Origin: an uncultured Nitrososphaerota archaeon | GTDB taxonomy: Archaea; Thermoproteota; EX4484-205; JAAOZP01 | Assembly: GCA_964416155.1 (NCBI GenBank) | Contig: CAYQCW010000002.1 | Location: 140,748 to 204,747 of the forward strand | Length of the DNA: 64,000 nt | Direction of reading: 5' to 3' | In this document: in pieces, positions 8,322 through 17,944 of the stretch | How positions within the stretch are numbered: position 1 is the first letter of the stretch | Layout: every line of letters starts with the position of its first letter | The notes under the pieces: generated by a model | Database searches by the model: none | What the model was told of the DNA's origin: nothing | Seen by the model: only the letters and a program-made list of their open reading frames with translations | Program-made: the position numbers and the translations under genes

Positions 8322-10421
8322 TTACGGTTGGAACAGGGTTTGCATCTTCGGGAATACTACTCCAAGGTTTAACAGTGCTGCCGGTAGCCACATGGCGCCG
8401 AAGCCCAGGATCCATCCCGCGACTATGGGCATAGCGTACTCCTCATACCTCTTTATTCCAATGGTCCTGATGACTACGAATTTTATTATTAACGCTATCA
8501 GCGAGGTCAACCACATGTATGTGGGTATGGTCATGGATATGTAGAGGGCTGGAACGTTTATGAACCAGAATAACGGCACCTTAAGCTTCAAGATGTAGAG
8601 CACTAGTGACAGAAGTATTCCGAAACCGTAGCATATTCCAAGGGAATACTCTACTGTTAGCTCCGCGGGCCCAGCCCACCTGCCTCTGTGGTAGTATCCT
8701 GCAGCTACCCATGGCCACCATGTGAACACACGGTCGCCCAACTGGTTGACACCGCCCTGCGTGTTTAATATGAAGTAGGTGTTCAGCGGAACGAACACGA
8801 ACAGCAGCACAACCATGCCGATGAATAATGCTATTAGGAAGTCCCTCATCCTCATCCGGAGCTCGTAGGCAAGCTTGTACAGCGTTACTTGGAACCCTGC
8901 TGACAGTGGGCCGAAGGACACGTTCCAGTGGCCAGCGTTCGCCATGTGCCTGGCTATTGTGAACCAGGCTGGGTCAGTCATGGGCGTGCCCCAGGTTACG
9001 GCGGCGGGTGCGGGCCATCCTCTTAGGGCTGACCCTACTAAGTAGGTTGGATCCCAGACGGCGGGGCCGGTACCCCAGCCTGTTCCGACATGCCAGAAGA
9101 CCTCTGCGTATACTCTGGCATAAACCACGTGGAAGAGCAGGGCCCAGAGTGGCACGAGCAAAGCGATCAACGGGTCTGCTCCCTCGATCAGCATTAGAGC
9201 GTACCATCCGAACGCGCCTATCAGTAGGAGTAGTGGAATCGTTCTCATGGATAGGCCTCTCTCCTCCCCTCCCTTCCAGAGGGCTGAGAAGACGCTTGCA
9301 AACCTCTTCCTCTGGGTGAAGAGGCACCATATCGCTATCCCTAGGCCAACGCCGGTTGAAGCAACCATCCTATATGGGAAAGGCATCCACTGACCCGGAT
9401 ATGCCTCCCAAGGCCACACGTACTCCATCCCAGCCTGGTATGCAACAATACCCATGCTCACGCCTATGCCCTGGTAGAGAACGCCGAAGATGATCCAGCC
9501 TAGTATCAGGGTTATCAGAGCATCGTTAGGCATGACTAGCCCCACAGCTATCTGAGGTACGAAGAATATTGCTGAAGCATAGATTCCCGGCCAGAGTGCA
9601 GCAAGGAAGGGCAGTGCCACGTTCTGCTCACCCCACCATGCGGCTGCTGGGAACTCCGGCCAGAGCTCAACTATTAAAGGCTGTATCCCGCTTATCATGC
9701 CTATTATGAACATGCCCCAGAAAACCTTTGTCGTCGGAACCTTGAAGTTGAATAGTCTGGATTTATTGGTGGCCGGTTCAACCTCCCCTGCTTCCCTGAA
9801 GAGGTAGAGAGATGGAACTGCTAATGGGAAGATTAGCCTCTCCTCCTCCACCCAGACCCTGCCGAAGACGAATGTGACGAATATGCTTATGAAAGCGTAG
9901 AACATGTAGACTAGGCCCCAGTATACTATGGCGTTAGTTACGTAGCCCCATGGAACAGCCTGCCCAGGTGCTTTACCGCTCATCAGCATCGTAGCGATTT
10001 CGAAGCGTATCGGCTCAGGAGCAATTATGACTGCGGGGACAGCCCTGCTCCAGTATTCTCTCAAAGCATCTATCGATAAAGCCTCATAGTCGCTAAGAGC
10101 ACCGTACACAGTCATACTTAAAGGATTATTGTGGGCTGCAGCGTGCATCGTAAGGTATGAGTGCATCCCTAGGAATGAGACGATTGAGAACACGAACACG
10201 AATTCCTGTGGCGTCAGCCTCATCTTAGGGTTGGCTCTCCCAAGAAGTTCAAATATCACAACTAAGTACACCATGGGTAGGATGAAGGTTCCGAATGTGG
10301 CAGGTTTATCGGTATATAGGCCTACCACCACCGACATGTATGCGAAGAATATTGCAAGAGGAATTGAGACGGCGAGTGATTTTGGCGTTAAACCTGTTCT
10401 AAGCTCCACTTCCGTAGCCAT
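8322..10421 (-). CDS. DUF6785/OPT-like polytopic membrane transporter
   Basis: Highly hydrophobic ~700 aa protein; motifs GLTPKS, LTPQE, WVEEERLIFPLA, GIKRYEEYAMPIVAGWILG. Start placed at ATG 10421 (MATEVELR) behind AGGTGA; ORF track starts at 10457. Confidence 0.75.
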   Translation of the reverse strand: MATEVELRTGLTPKSLAVSIPLAIFFAYMSVVVGLYTDKPATFGTFILPMVYLVVIFELLGRANPKMRLTPQEFVFVFSIVSFLGMHSYLTMHAAAHNNPLSMTVYGALSDYEALSIDALREYWSRAVPAVIIAPEPIRFEIATMLMSGKAPGQAVPWGYVTNAIVYWGLVYMFYAFISIFVTFVFGRVWVEEERLIFPLAVPSLYLFREAGEVEPATNKSRLFNFKVPTTKVFWGMFIIGMISGIQPLIVELWPEFPAAAWWGEQNVALPFLAALWPGIYASAIFFVPQIAVGLVMPNDALITLILGWIIFGVLYQGIGVSMGIVAYQAGMEYVWPWEAYPGQWMPFPYRMVASTGVGLGIAIWCLFTQRKRFASVFSALWKGGEERGLSMRTIPLLLLIGAFGWYALMLIEGADPLIALLVPLWALLFHVVYARVYAEVFWHVGTGWGTGPAVWDPTYLVGSALRGWPAPAAVTWGTPMTDPAWFTIARHMANAGHWNVSFGPLSAGFQVTLYKLAYELRMRMRDFLIALFIGMVVLLFVFVPLNTYFILNTQGGVNQLGDRVFTWWPWVAAGYYHRGRWAGPAELTVEYSLGICYGFGILLSLVLYILKLKVPLFWFINVPALYISMTIPTYMWLTSLIALIIKFVVIRTIGIKRYEEYAMPIVAGWILGFGAMWLPAALLNLGVVFPKMQTLFQP

Positions 10422-10466
10422 AATGTTTTCACCTTCGGTTATGCTATACATTCGCAAAATTTAAAC

Positions 10467-10549
10467 TTTACGCATGTAAAATTTGTTTTAAGATTCATGC
10501 GTAAAACCGCTAAAATGGGTTTATAAACCCATTCCTGTTTACGCGAAAA
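10467..10549. promoter_or_regulatory. Divergent promoter region with repeated TTTACGC operator-like boxes and a perfect 20-bp palindrome
   Basis: TTTACGCATG (10467-10476) and its exact reverse complement CATGCGTAAA (10496-10505); TTTACGCGAAAA (10538-10549); AATGGGTTTATAAACCCATT (10514-10533). Confidence 0.55.
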
Positions 10550-10611
10550 CCCGTTTCTCCTTCCAAAAATTAGAAGTAAGGTTTATTTAATAAAAAAAAC
10601 CGGTAGAGGTA

Positions 10612-11271
10612 ATGTCTTGGGTCCAGAGTGTGAAGAAGGCGCTTGAACAGTATGAAGTCTTTTTCGAGGAAACCGGTAGGGGAAACTTGGTTGCCAAGCC
10701 GCTTGAAAACCCGCAAACAAGGCTAATTATTCTCGTAAGAAGGATGCAGCTCAGCTTCGACAGGAAGTTCGAAATGGTCGGCGTACTTGAAATCCCTGAA
10801 GACAGGCTTAAAAACCAGGATAGGCCCCAGCTTTTAAGAAGAATGCTTTCAGAATCAGTGGAACTGGAGTTGAAAGGGTTTTTAAGCAGAAGCCTGAAGG
10901 CTAGAAGGTGGAGTGGACTCGCATCCCTACCAGGGATAACCATGCTCGAGGAAGAGGGTCTGATGCAGGTCATTAGAAGCAGGGATGTTGAGGAATTAGT
11001 TAAGCAGGGGGGAGGAGACTTGATAGAAATCTTCCCATCTCTCATACCGGTTGAACTTTTTGAAACATATCTGATGACTTCAGATAGAGGGCCGATTATC
11101 AGCAGCTTGGTTAAAAAATACATGGAGTCGCCTCAATCCATATCATGGATCGTGAGGATGCACATGCTGTATGGTGTTCAGTCAGCAGGCGGGATCCGGA
11201 GAGCATTCCTCACAGTTTTCAACCTGCTTAAGAAAATAGAGGAGTATACTTATACTAGGCTTTTGCCATAG
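10612..11271 (+). CDS. Hypothetical protein (219 aa, soluble)
   Basis: GAGGT SD-like element and TATA-like TTTATTTAA upstream; host-like codon use; no recognisable motif. Confidence 0.7.
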   Translation: MSWVQSVKKALEQYEVFFEETGRGNLVAKPLENPQTRLIILVRRMQLSFDRKFEMVGVLEIPEDRLKNQDRPQLLRRMLSESVELELKGFLSRSLKARRWSGLASLPGITMLEEEGLMQVIRSRDVEELVKQGGGDLIEIFPSLIPVELFETYLMTSDRGPIISSLVKKYMESPQSISWIVRMHMLYGVQSAGGIRRAFLTVFNLLKKIEEYTYTRLLP

Positions 11272-14200
11272 ATATGTAACCTGCTTTCTCAGCCGCGGAG
11301 AAGGATCCCCACATTATTAGCTGCTTCCTCAACTCGTTTACGAACCTGTAGTTGGAGGTTACCCACGTGCTCTGCGGCCCTGTAAGCCTCTCCAGGTGGA
11401 GTATAACATCGTATCTCTTCACCTCCTCGTTTAGCCTTGCAGCAATATCAACCCGTTGAGAAACACCTACTTCGAACGGCGAGAGGCTGACTGTCAAGCT
11501 TAACGATAGGTCCTCGTAGTTCGGCGGCTGCAGCTCCTTAACCATGTGAACACCCTCTTTCACGGCTCCCGCACCCGCAAAATACTCGTGTAAATATGCT
11601 AAGAGCCCCCTCCCCTCCTCGATTGTTGAAACGCTTATTAGCAGAGGAATATCCCACTCGTTTCCCTTAGGTTTAGTCTTAAACTTCCATCTCCTCTCAA
11701 GCGAGGGCGTGGCAACTTTCGAAGCTATGTAAGACGGGTATGCGGCTGCTGCTAGGGCTGAAGCCATCGTCACCAGGGTTCCCAGGATCGCGAATGCTGA
11801 GGCGAAGTTGAAAACGTGTTCAGAAGGCAGTATTCCGACAAGCATGAAGACTCTTGTCATGAAATACCCCGCGATATACCCTACTAAGGCGCTTATTATA
11901 GCGTAGACTATGACCTCGGTCATGAAGAACACGGTTACACCCATGGGGGATAAGCCGACGATGTTGAAAATGTGGACCTCCCTAACACGCTCCCTGAGGC
12001 TGCCCAGCACCGTTGTAAATATGTTAAGCGCCCCCAGGATAACGATCATCCATATTATTTCCCATCCTCCAAGAAGCACGGTGGTGAAGGTTGAAAGCAG
12101 ATAAGGCTTTCCCTGGTGGGAAACATATATCGATAGGTCTAGAGAATAGGCCAACTCCTTAGCTAGGCCGAATATTTCGTTGAAAGACATGTTTTCCTTA
12201 GGCACTATGGCTATTGAAGCAATGTACCCCCCTATCATCAGTGCTCTCCTGTATGGTATTATTATTGTTGTTGAAACATCGAGGTTTGGAGGAGACGTGC
12301 CGGCTTGAGCAGAGACAGCCATGTCCCTGCTTATAGTTGGGAAGAAATTTGGGTTAGCCGGGAAAATATTGTATCCATCTGCCTCCTGCAGGAAATCAAC
12401 CTCGTTTGAATCAATTATTCCGGTTACCGTGAACCTGATGCCTGAAACGTAAATAGTGTCCCCTATCGTTACGCTCAAGTTGGTTGCCAGCGATCTCGAT
12501 ATTACTGCCTGATCAGCATCGTCGGAGAGCAGCCCACCCCTCACGATGCATGTGCCTCTCACAATCCGGTTGAACTCCTCCACCGTCAGCCCCATTATTG
12601 CAGGCACTCTGGAAGTGTTGGTTGCACTCCACACCCTGAAGGAAGTGGTCCACGCAGCCCTATCAACCGGGCCGTAAATCCATACTCTCGGGAAAACATA
12701 GTATTTTTCTCCGGCGAATATTTCTGCTATATCCAGAACCTTGTCTGAAAGAATGTTCGGAGGAACGCCTCTCCCCTGTTTTATTAGGATCTCATTCCTA
12801 TAGGAATTACACTCGTAACCATACCTTGTGACTGGAAGCGTTACCCTCCCGGGCATGAGCGAGGTGAAGGATGTCATGGCTACAACCATCGTGATCAATG
12901 TTATGAAAACCAGTATTGCGCGGAAAGGCCTGCGACGCATATGTTCGCCCCCAAGCGAGAAAGATATCATCGCCGTGTCAAGCCTGCTTACTTCAGCCCT
13001 GTGGACACCTAGAATCCTTTTCTCAATGCCTTTCCTAACCTCCTCGCTTATAGAAAGTATTATTATGAACACTACGATGATAATAATCAGGATTAGCGAG
13101 CCCATCATGCCTAGAGAGATATTGCTCATCAATCCGAATGCCGGATGCAGAATGCTGAACAACGCTAGGAATATTGCTGCGAGAACGGCGAGAGTAATAA
13201 TGCGCCTTGAGCCGTGAGCCCGGATGATAAGCTTCTCCAAGAAGAAAGCGCCGAATATGACGAGGATAAACATGTAGAGAAGAGACTTCGCAGAATCGTT
13301 TATCAAGGGCATGACCTCCACGGAGTACGCCCTAACGGCGTAGGCCCTAGCTAGAAGAGCGTAAGCATACATGCCGCTATACTTCCTCTCGTTTAAAAGT
13401 TTCTCAACCTCCTCAATGTATCTCCTTGCCTTATTCAGGGTTTCATCCGCACTCGGGCTACCCATGTTTCTTTTAACCAGCTCAAGATAACGGCCGTATG
13501 AAACATAGTAGAGGTCTTTAGCGGTTCTGAAAGTTGAGAAACACACTCTCTCCCTCTCCCCGTATTTCACGTAGAAACCGCTTCCCTCCGTGTTTTCAAG
13601 AGAAGAATTCGTTAAAAGTATTCCGGTTGGGCTTGCGACGACGAACCTTACCTCTGGCTGAACCCATACTATTGAAACAGGCTCCCAGCCGTTAGAATAG
13701 TAGCCGTAGCTTATCGGCGGGCTCTTAGTAAGCATCTCGAACGAGAACACCATAACCGGTTGAGGCGGGCTCCTCCACATTTCGAACGCGCCAGCCCTAG
13801 GATCTATTATGCTGGGCGTTATTATGACGGTTGGAATCTCGAAATCAAGCACTTCCACTGAAACGGCTTTAGCAATCACCACGGTAACATTCTCATAAGC
13901 GTGTAGGACGGTTATTTCAAGCGGGAAGTTCGCCATGCCGAACTGCCCCAGGTCAGTAGCCATCGTGATAACGCCCTCATCGTTAAACACCCACCCCCTA
14001 GCAATCCATCTTGAAAATATTACTGCGGTGCCTCCTCCCCCAGCAGCACCGGCAATAGGCACGCCGTGGACTGTGAAAGAACCGTCTTCGCCGCTTTTCA
14101 TTACTATCCTGTTAAGCTTGTAGGTTGAAGTAACCAGCCTTACCTCAACAAGAGCATTAGGAACCACGTCGTACCATCCTTTACTATAGTTGTAGACAAC

Positions 14201-15811
14201 AACCCTGCCTTGAAGAGCAGCATAGCCAGGGTGTCCTCTCGTGCTTGAAGGCAGAAACCTTGTTGGCTTGATCGAGGCCCTATCGATATTCCACTCAATC
14301 CGGAGAAGTCTGTCAACAATGTGGATGATAAGTTGCAAGTACGGGTCTAAAACGTCTACATTAGCGTAGTTCGAATCATCTATAGGGGAGCCCACGTAGA
14401 TCCTGTTTGAGCGCCTAGTGGTTATTGAGAACGCCGGTATGCCGGCGATCGAAGCAGGCTCAGAGTCCAGCATGAATGGAATGGGCTCGGTGCCTGAAAA
14501 AATATTGTATGCAAAGAAAATGCTTACGAGCGACGAGATAAATGCGCCGGATGGGGCTGAAACATTAATGTTCGGTATCCTCCTCGCGAAGCCTCTGACC
14601 TCAGGCGTGTCAATCATGCTGCCTATCGCCGTACTAAACCAAGAGAGCCTAAGCGGGAAGCCGCCGCTATGTATAGGGGTCGCGCCGTAGGTTGAGTACT
14701 GGCTGGCGTGAAGAAGCTGCAGGCCGTCGGAGTCGCTAGCCATAAGGTCGAAATTTATGTTTCCGAGGATATTTATCCTGCCACTGCTAACATCCTCTCT
14801 GAAAAAGTAGTCTTCGACAAACTCTCTTGAGCCGCTTAGCGCCTGCCAGTGTCCCGAGTAAAGCGTTATCCACACGGAATACCTGGGCGGGTTGGACTTG
14901 AGGTGGCGAGCATACTCGAGCAGTAGGGCCAAGGGTAAAAGCTCAGTCTTACTCTTCGACAATCCTGGGACAACAGACCATGTGTCGAAATGCGCAGACA
15001 GTATGACGACCTCGTTAGGCGAAGCCGTCCCATTTATAAATCCAACAATATTCTCCGCCTCGATCTCCCTCCAGACCGTTCTCGAAACGACCTTGACCCG
15101 AGTGGCGGCTTTCAAAACATTCCAATCCCGCTTCTCAACGTAAACCCTCGTGAAACCCATGGGAGTATCCAGGAATTTAGAGTAGCACTCTTGGTAAGTT
15201 GTTTGCTCCGGCTCTATGAATATTACTGCCTGGGCTCCTAGGTTGGCTGCTTTAAGCCAGTTGTCACGGGAATTAAACTCCATGGCAACTATGGCGCCCT
15301 CAACATTCTTCCCGTCTAAGTATTGCAAATCTCCTATCCCGGCATAAATCAGGCTTCCAACAATCCCGTCGGAGGGAGTTGGACAAGGGTTAACACCGTT
15401 AGGATAGAGCGAGTAAGCTTTAAACCTTGCTTTAAACGGCTCTAAAGCCTCGATGTAAGTCTCCTCGTCGTAGGGCACCAGCACTTTATACTTGTGTTTC
15501 TGGGTTGCTATCCCCACGTCATTCTTAAGATAGTTGTAAAGATGTTCGAGCGTCTTATAGTAGCCAGGGTAACCGGTCATTCTAGAACCGTAGGAAGATA
15601 CTTCTGTTACAAACCGGTTCATCCAAGCCGTGTCTAATGGGAAAAGGTTTTCCGCTTCGGCTGAAACAGGAGTGCTTAAACCAGGTTTAAAATCAGGGTT
15701 TAAAGATGACGCGTAATGCTGCCCACGGGTTGCGGGAACCTGCGCGACCTGCGTGAGGAAAACAGATAGGAGGATAAGCGATATTGACATAATTTTAATT
15801 CTACTAGTCAT
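11255..15811 (-). CDS. Large FtsX/MacB-type permease fused to an extracellular PA + M28-peptidase-like domain
   Basis: Signal peptide; SRMTGYPGY; PA-like GSLIYAGIG..GAIV; M28-like VILSAHFD; central TM bundle; RRRPFRAILVFIT; FtsX core GSLRERVREVHIFNIVGLSP...FMTE; soluble C-terminal tail. Confidence 0.85.
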   Translation of the reverse strand: MTSRIKIMSISLILLSVFLTQVAQVPATRGQHYASSLNPDFKPGLSTPVSAEAENLFPLDTAWMNRFVTEVSSYGSRMTGYPGYYKTLEHLYNYLKNDVGIATQKHKYKVLVPYDEETYIEALEPFKARFKAYSLYPNGVNPCPTPSDGIVGSLIYAGIGDLQYLDGKNVEGAIVAMEFNSRDNWLKAANLGAQAVIFIEPEQTTYQECYSKFLDTPMGFTRVYVEKRDWNVLKAATRVKVVSRTVWREIEAENIVGFINGTASPNEVVILSAHFDTWSVVPGLSKSKTELLPLALLLEYARHLKSNPPRYSVWITLYSGHWQALSGSREFVEDYFFREDVSSGRINILGNINFDLMASDSDGLQLLHASQYSTYGATPIHSGGFPLRLSWFSTAIGSMIDTPEVRGFARRIPNINVSAPSGAFISSLVSIFFAYNIFSGTEPIPFMLDSEPASIAGIPAFSITTRRSNRIYVGSPIDDSNYANVDVLDPYLQLIIHIVDRLLRIEWNIDRASIKPTRFLPSSTRGHPGYAALQGRVVVYNYSKGWYDVVPNALVEVRLVTSTYKLNRIVMKSGEDGSFTVHGVPIAGAAGGGGTAVIFSRWIARGWVFNDEGVITMATDLGQFGMANFPLEITVLHAYENVTVVIAKAVSVEVLDFEIPTVIITPSIIDPRAGAFEMWRSPPQPVMVFSFEMLTKSPPISYGYYSNGWEPVSIVWVQPEVRFVVASPTGILLTNSSLENTEGSGFYVKYGERERVCFSTFRTAKDLYYVSYGRYLELVKRNMGSPSADETLNKARRYIEEVEKLLNERKYSGMYAYALLARAYAVRAYSVEVMPLINDSAKSLLYMFILVIFGAFFLEKLIIRAHGSRRIITLAVLAAIFLALFSILHPAFGLMSNISLGMMGSLILIIIIVVFIIILSISEEVRKGIEKRILGVHRAEVSRLDTAMISFSLGGEHMRRRPFRAILVFITLITMVVAMTSFTSLMPGRVTLPVTRYGYECNSYRNEILIKQGRGVPPNILSDKVLDIAEIFAGEKYYVFPRVWIYGPVDRAAWTTSFRVWSATNTSRVPAIMGLTVEEFNRIVRGTCIVRGGLLSDDADQAVISRSLATNLSVTIGDTIYVSGIRFTVTGIIDSNEVDFLQEADGYNIFPANPNFFPTISRDMAVSAQAGTSPPNLDVSTTIIIPYRRALMIGGYIASIAIVPKENMSFNEIFGLAKELAYSLDLSIYVSHQGKPYLLSTFTTVLLGGWEIIWMIVILGALNIFTTVLGSLRERVREVHIFNIVGLSPMGVTVFFMTEVIVYAIISALVGYIAGYFMTRVFMLVGILPSEHVFNFASAFAILGTLVTMASALAAAAYPSYIASKVATPSLERRWKFKTKPKGNEWDIPLLISVSTIEEGRGLLAYLHEYFAGAGAVKEGVHMVKELQPPNYEDLSLSLTVSLSPFEVGVSQRVDIAARLNEEVKRYDVILHLERLTGPQSTWVTSNYRFVNELRKQLIMWGSFSAAEKAGYISMAKA

Positions 15812-15909
15812 GTCTTTGAGAAAAGGGGAGCAACCGGCTTATAAGTTTTTAGCGGAAATTAAAAACTTTTATATTGGAGCCCTGAAGGGAAAAACGAGGT
15901 GAAGGGCAC

Positions 15910-17823
15910 CTGACGCAAGCCTCGCAGGAATTTTCACCGGGAGTGACTTGGAGAAGCATCTTAGCAATGATAATGGCCGCATTAATCTTCTTGCCATCCT
16001 CAATATATTTATGGTTTGCAGTAGGATCCGGAGTGAGCGTAGCCGCAACCTACGTGACAGCAATACTTTTCACAGCTTTAACACAGATTTACGGTAGGAG
16101 GCTTTCAAGACAGGAGCTTTTCATCATTTATTCTATCGTGGGAGGAATAGGCGGAGCCATGCCGATGTACTACTGGCTTGTCTACAGGTCTTACTATGTT
16201 ATGAACCCTTTGAGCCTAGAGTTCACGCTTTTCAACACTCCGCTTAGGGAATACGTTCCCACATGGATGTCTCCCCCAGTAACGTCAGTTGTCCACCAGC
16301 TGAGAACCCTGCTGCATCCAGACTGGTTTTTCGCCCTAGGTGTAAACCTTGCCTTCTCACTCTTGGGCCTGGCAGCGGAATTATCCATAGGCATACTTTT
16401 CTCCTACATTTACGTGGTGGAGGAGCCTCTGCCATTCCCGTTCGCACAGATCGACACAGCCATGGTGAACACGCTGCACGACAGGAGGCCTCAGGACCTG
16501 CTTTACTTCATCCTGTCTTTGACAATGGGAGCCATATACGGCTTAATCCTTTACCTGGTACCCATGCTTATCGGCCCCTGGGCGCGTTTAATCCCATATC
16601 CTTGGGTTGACTTAACACCCTACACGCAGTTCTTCCTGCCCGGGGCGGTCATAGGCATAGCTACAGACCCGTTGAGCTTCCTCTACGGCATGATCCTGCC
16701 CCCCTCGTTGACTTTCGCCATGCTAGTGGGATCGGTAATCACATGGATCTTCGGAAACACTCTTACCCTCACAACTTTCAAGAGTTTTTCTCCCCAGTGG
16801 GTTGAAGAGTATTCTCCAGGCATGGGAATATTCCTGATACTTCAGAGGGCAGGCTTAAGACTCTGGCTTTCCCTTTTCATGGGATTATCCTTTGGTCTAG
16901 CCATCTTCCTTTTAGCATCAACCAGTAGGAAAATCGTGGCAGCGTTTAAAACGCTTCCGAAGCTAAGCAGGGTGAAGGGTGGACCAGGATATCCTTCACC
17001 CAAGATACTGCTCGCCACATTCTTCGGCTCCACGGTTCTGAGCGCACTACTCTACGTGGTACTTCTCCCAGACGTTCCATTCTGGCTGCCCATACTGGTA
17101 TCAGTAGGGTTCAGCTTCGTTTTAGCATCCGTCGGCGCCAGGATTTATGGTGAACTCGGATTAAGCTTCTCTTCGGACTTCATATACAACATGTGGAAGG
17201 CAGCCATATACTTCAGCCCCTACAACGGTTACGCGGGATGGATTTTCACACCCGCTATAGCAGGATTCTCCACACCGTACTTCGCAAACTCCACCAAGGT
17301 GGCGTATGCGACGGGGACAAGACCCATGGACTATTTTAAGGCTGTCATAATATCCTTCATACTTGTAACAACGTTCGGCCTTATTTTTACAGACTTCTTC
17401 TGGAGAATAGCCCCGATACCCTCCTACTTATTCCCATACGTGTACGGTATTTGGCCGAACTACGCTATTAGCGACTCGCTGTTTGCCACTCGGCAGATAC
17501 TCATAAAGTCAGACCAGATACTGATGGGAATGGGCATATCTATTGGCGTAAGTCTAATCTCCATTCCGCTTAACAGACTGGGAATACCGTTCAACCCGGT
17601 TGGGCTAGTGGGAGGAATGTACAGTACGCCGCCCTACACGATAATGGTGTTCCTAATGTCTCTTGCAAGCAAGTATTTGATGACGCGCATACTCGGACCG
17701 GAAAAATGGTTGTCAATAAGAGGCGTAGTCCTAGCAGGGTTCGCAGCAGGCATGGGCATTGTTGTAGCGATGGGGACCACGATCACTCTGGTTTCAAGAG
17801 CCTCATGGATATGGCCCTGGTAG
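15910..17823 (+). CDS. OPT-superfamily-like (peptide transporter annotated type) polytopic membrane protein
   Basis: Hydrophobic 626+ aa protein; GVTWRS, LSRQELFIIY, VVEEPLPFPFA, FFWRIAPIPS motifs. Start proposed at CTG 15910 behind GAGGTGA; ORF track starts at GTG 15943. Confidence 0.8.
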   Translation: MTQASQEFSPGVTWRSILAMIMAALIFLPSSIYLWFAVGSGVSVAATYVTAILFTALTQIYGRRLSRQELFIIYSIVGGIGGAMPMYYWLVYRSYYVMNPLSLEFTLFNTPLREYVPTWMSPPVTSVVHQLRTLLHPDWFFALGVNLAFSLLGLAAELSIGILFSYIYVVEEPLPFPFAQIDTAMVNTLHDRRPQDLLYFILSLTMGAIYGLILYLVPMLIGPWARLIPYPWVDLTPYTQFFLPGAVIGIATDPLSFLYGMILPPSLTFAMLVGSVITWIFGNTLTLTTFKSFSPQWVEEYSPGMGIFLILQRAGLRLWLSLFMGLSFGLAIFLLASTSRKIVAAFKTLPKLSRVKGGPGYPSPKILLATFFGSTVLSALLYVVLLPDVPFWLPILVSVGFSFVLASVGARIYGELGLSFSSDFIYNMWKAAIYFSPYNGYAGWIFTPAIAGFSTPYFANSTKVAYATGTRPMDYFKAVIISFILVTTFGLIFTDFFWRIAPIPSYLFPYVYGIWPNYAISDSLFATRQILIKSDQILMGMGISIGVSLISIPLNRLGIPFNPVGLVGGMYSTPPYTIMVFLMSLASKYLMTRILGPEKWLSIRGVVLAGFAAGMGIVVAMGTTITLVSRASWIWPW

Positions 17824-17944
17824 AAAAAGACCCTAACATTTAACAAAAATTTCTCCGTCACACGCGTTTTAAAATACTTAGGCTTAAATATAAACGTCGC
17901 CCGGTTTAAGACTTATTACCTTTTAAAGAGCCTTTCTAAACGGA

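Noticed and set aside
10587-11123. 178-aa minus-strand ORF
   Set aside because: Ser/Leu-rich shadow of 10612-11271, which has the SD, TATA and typical composition.
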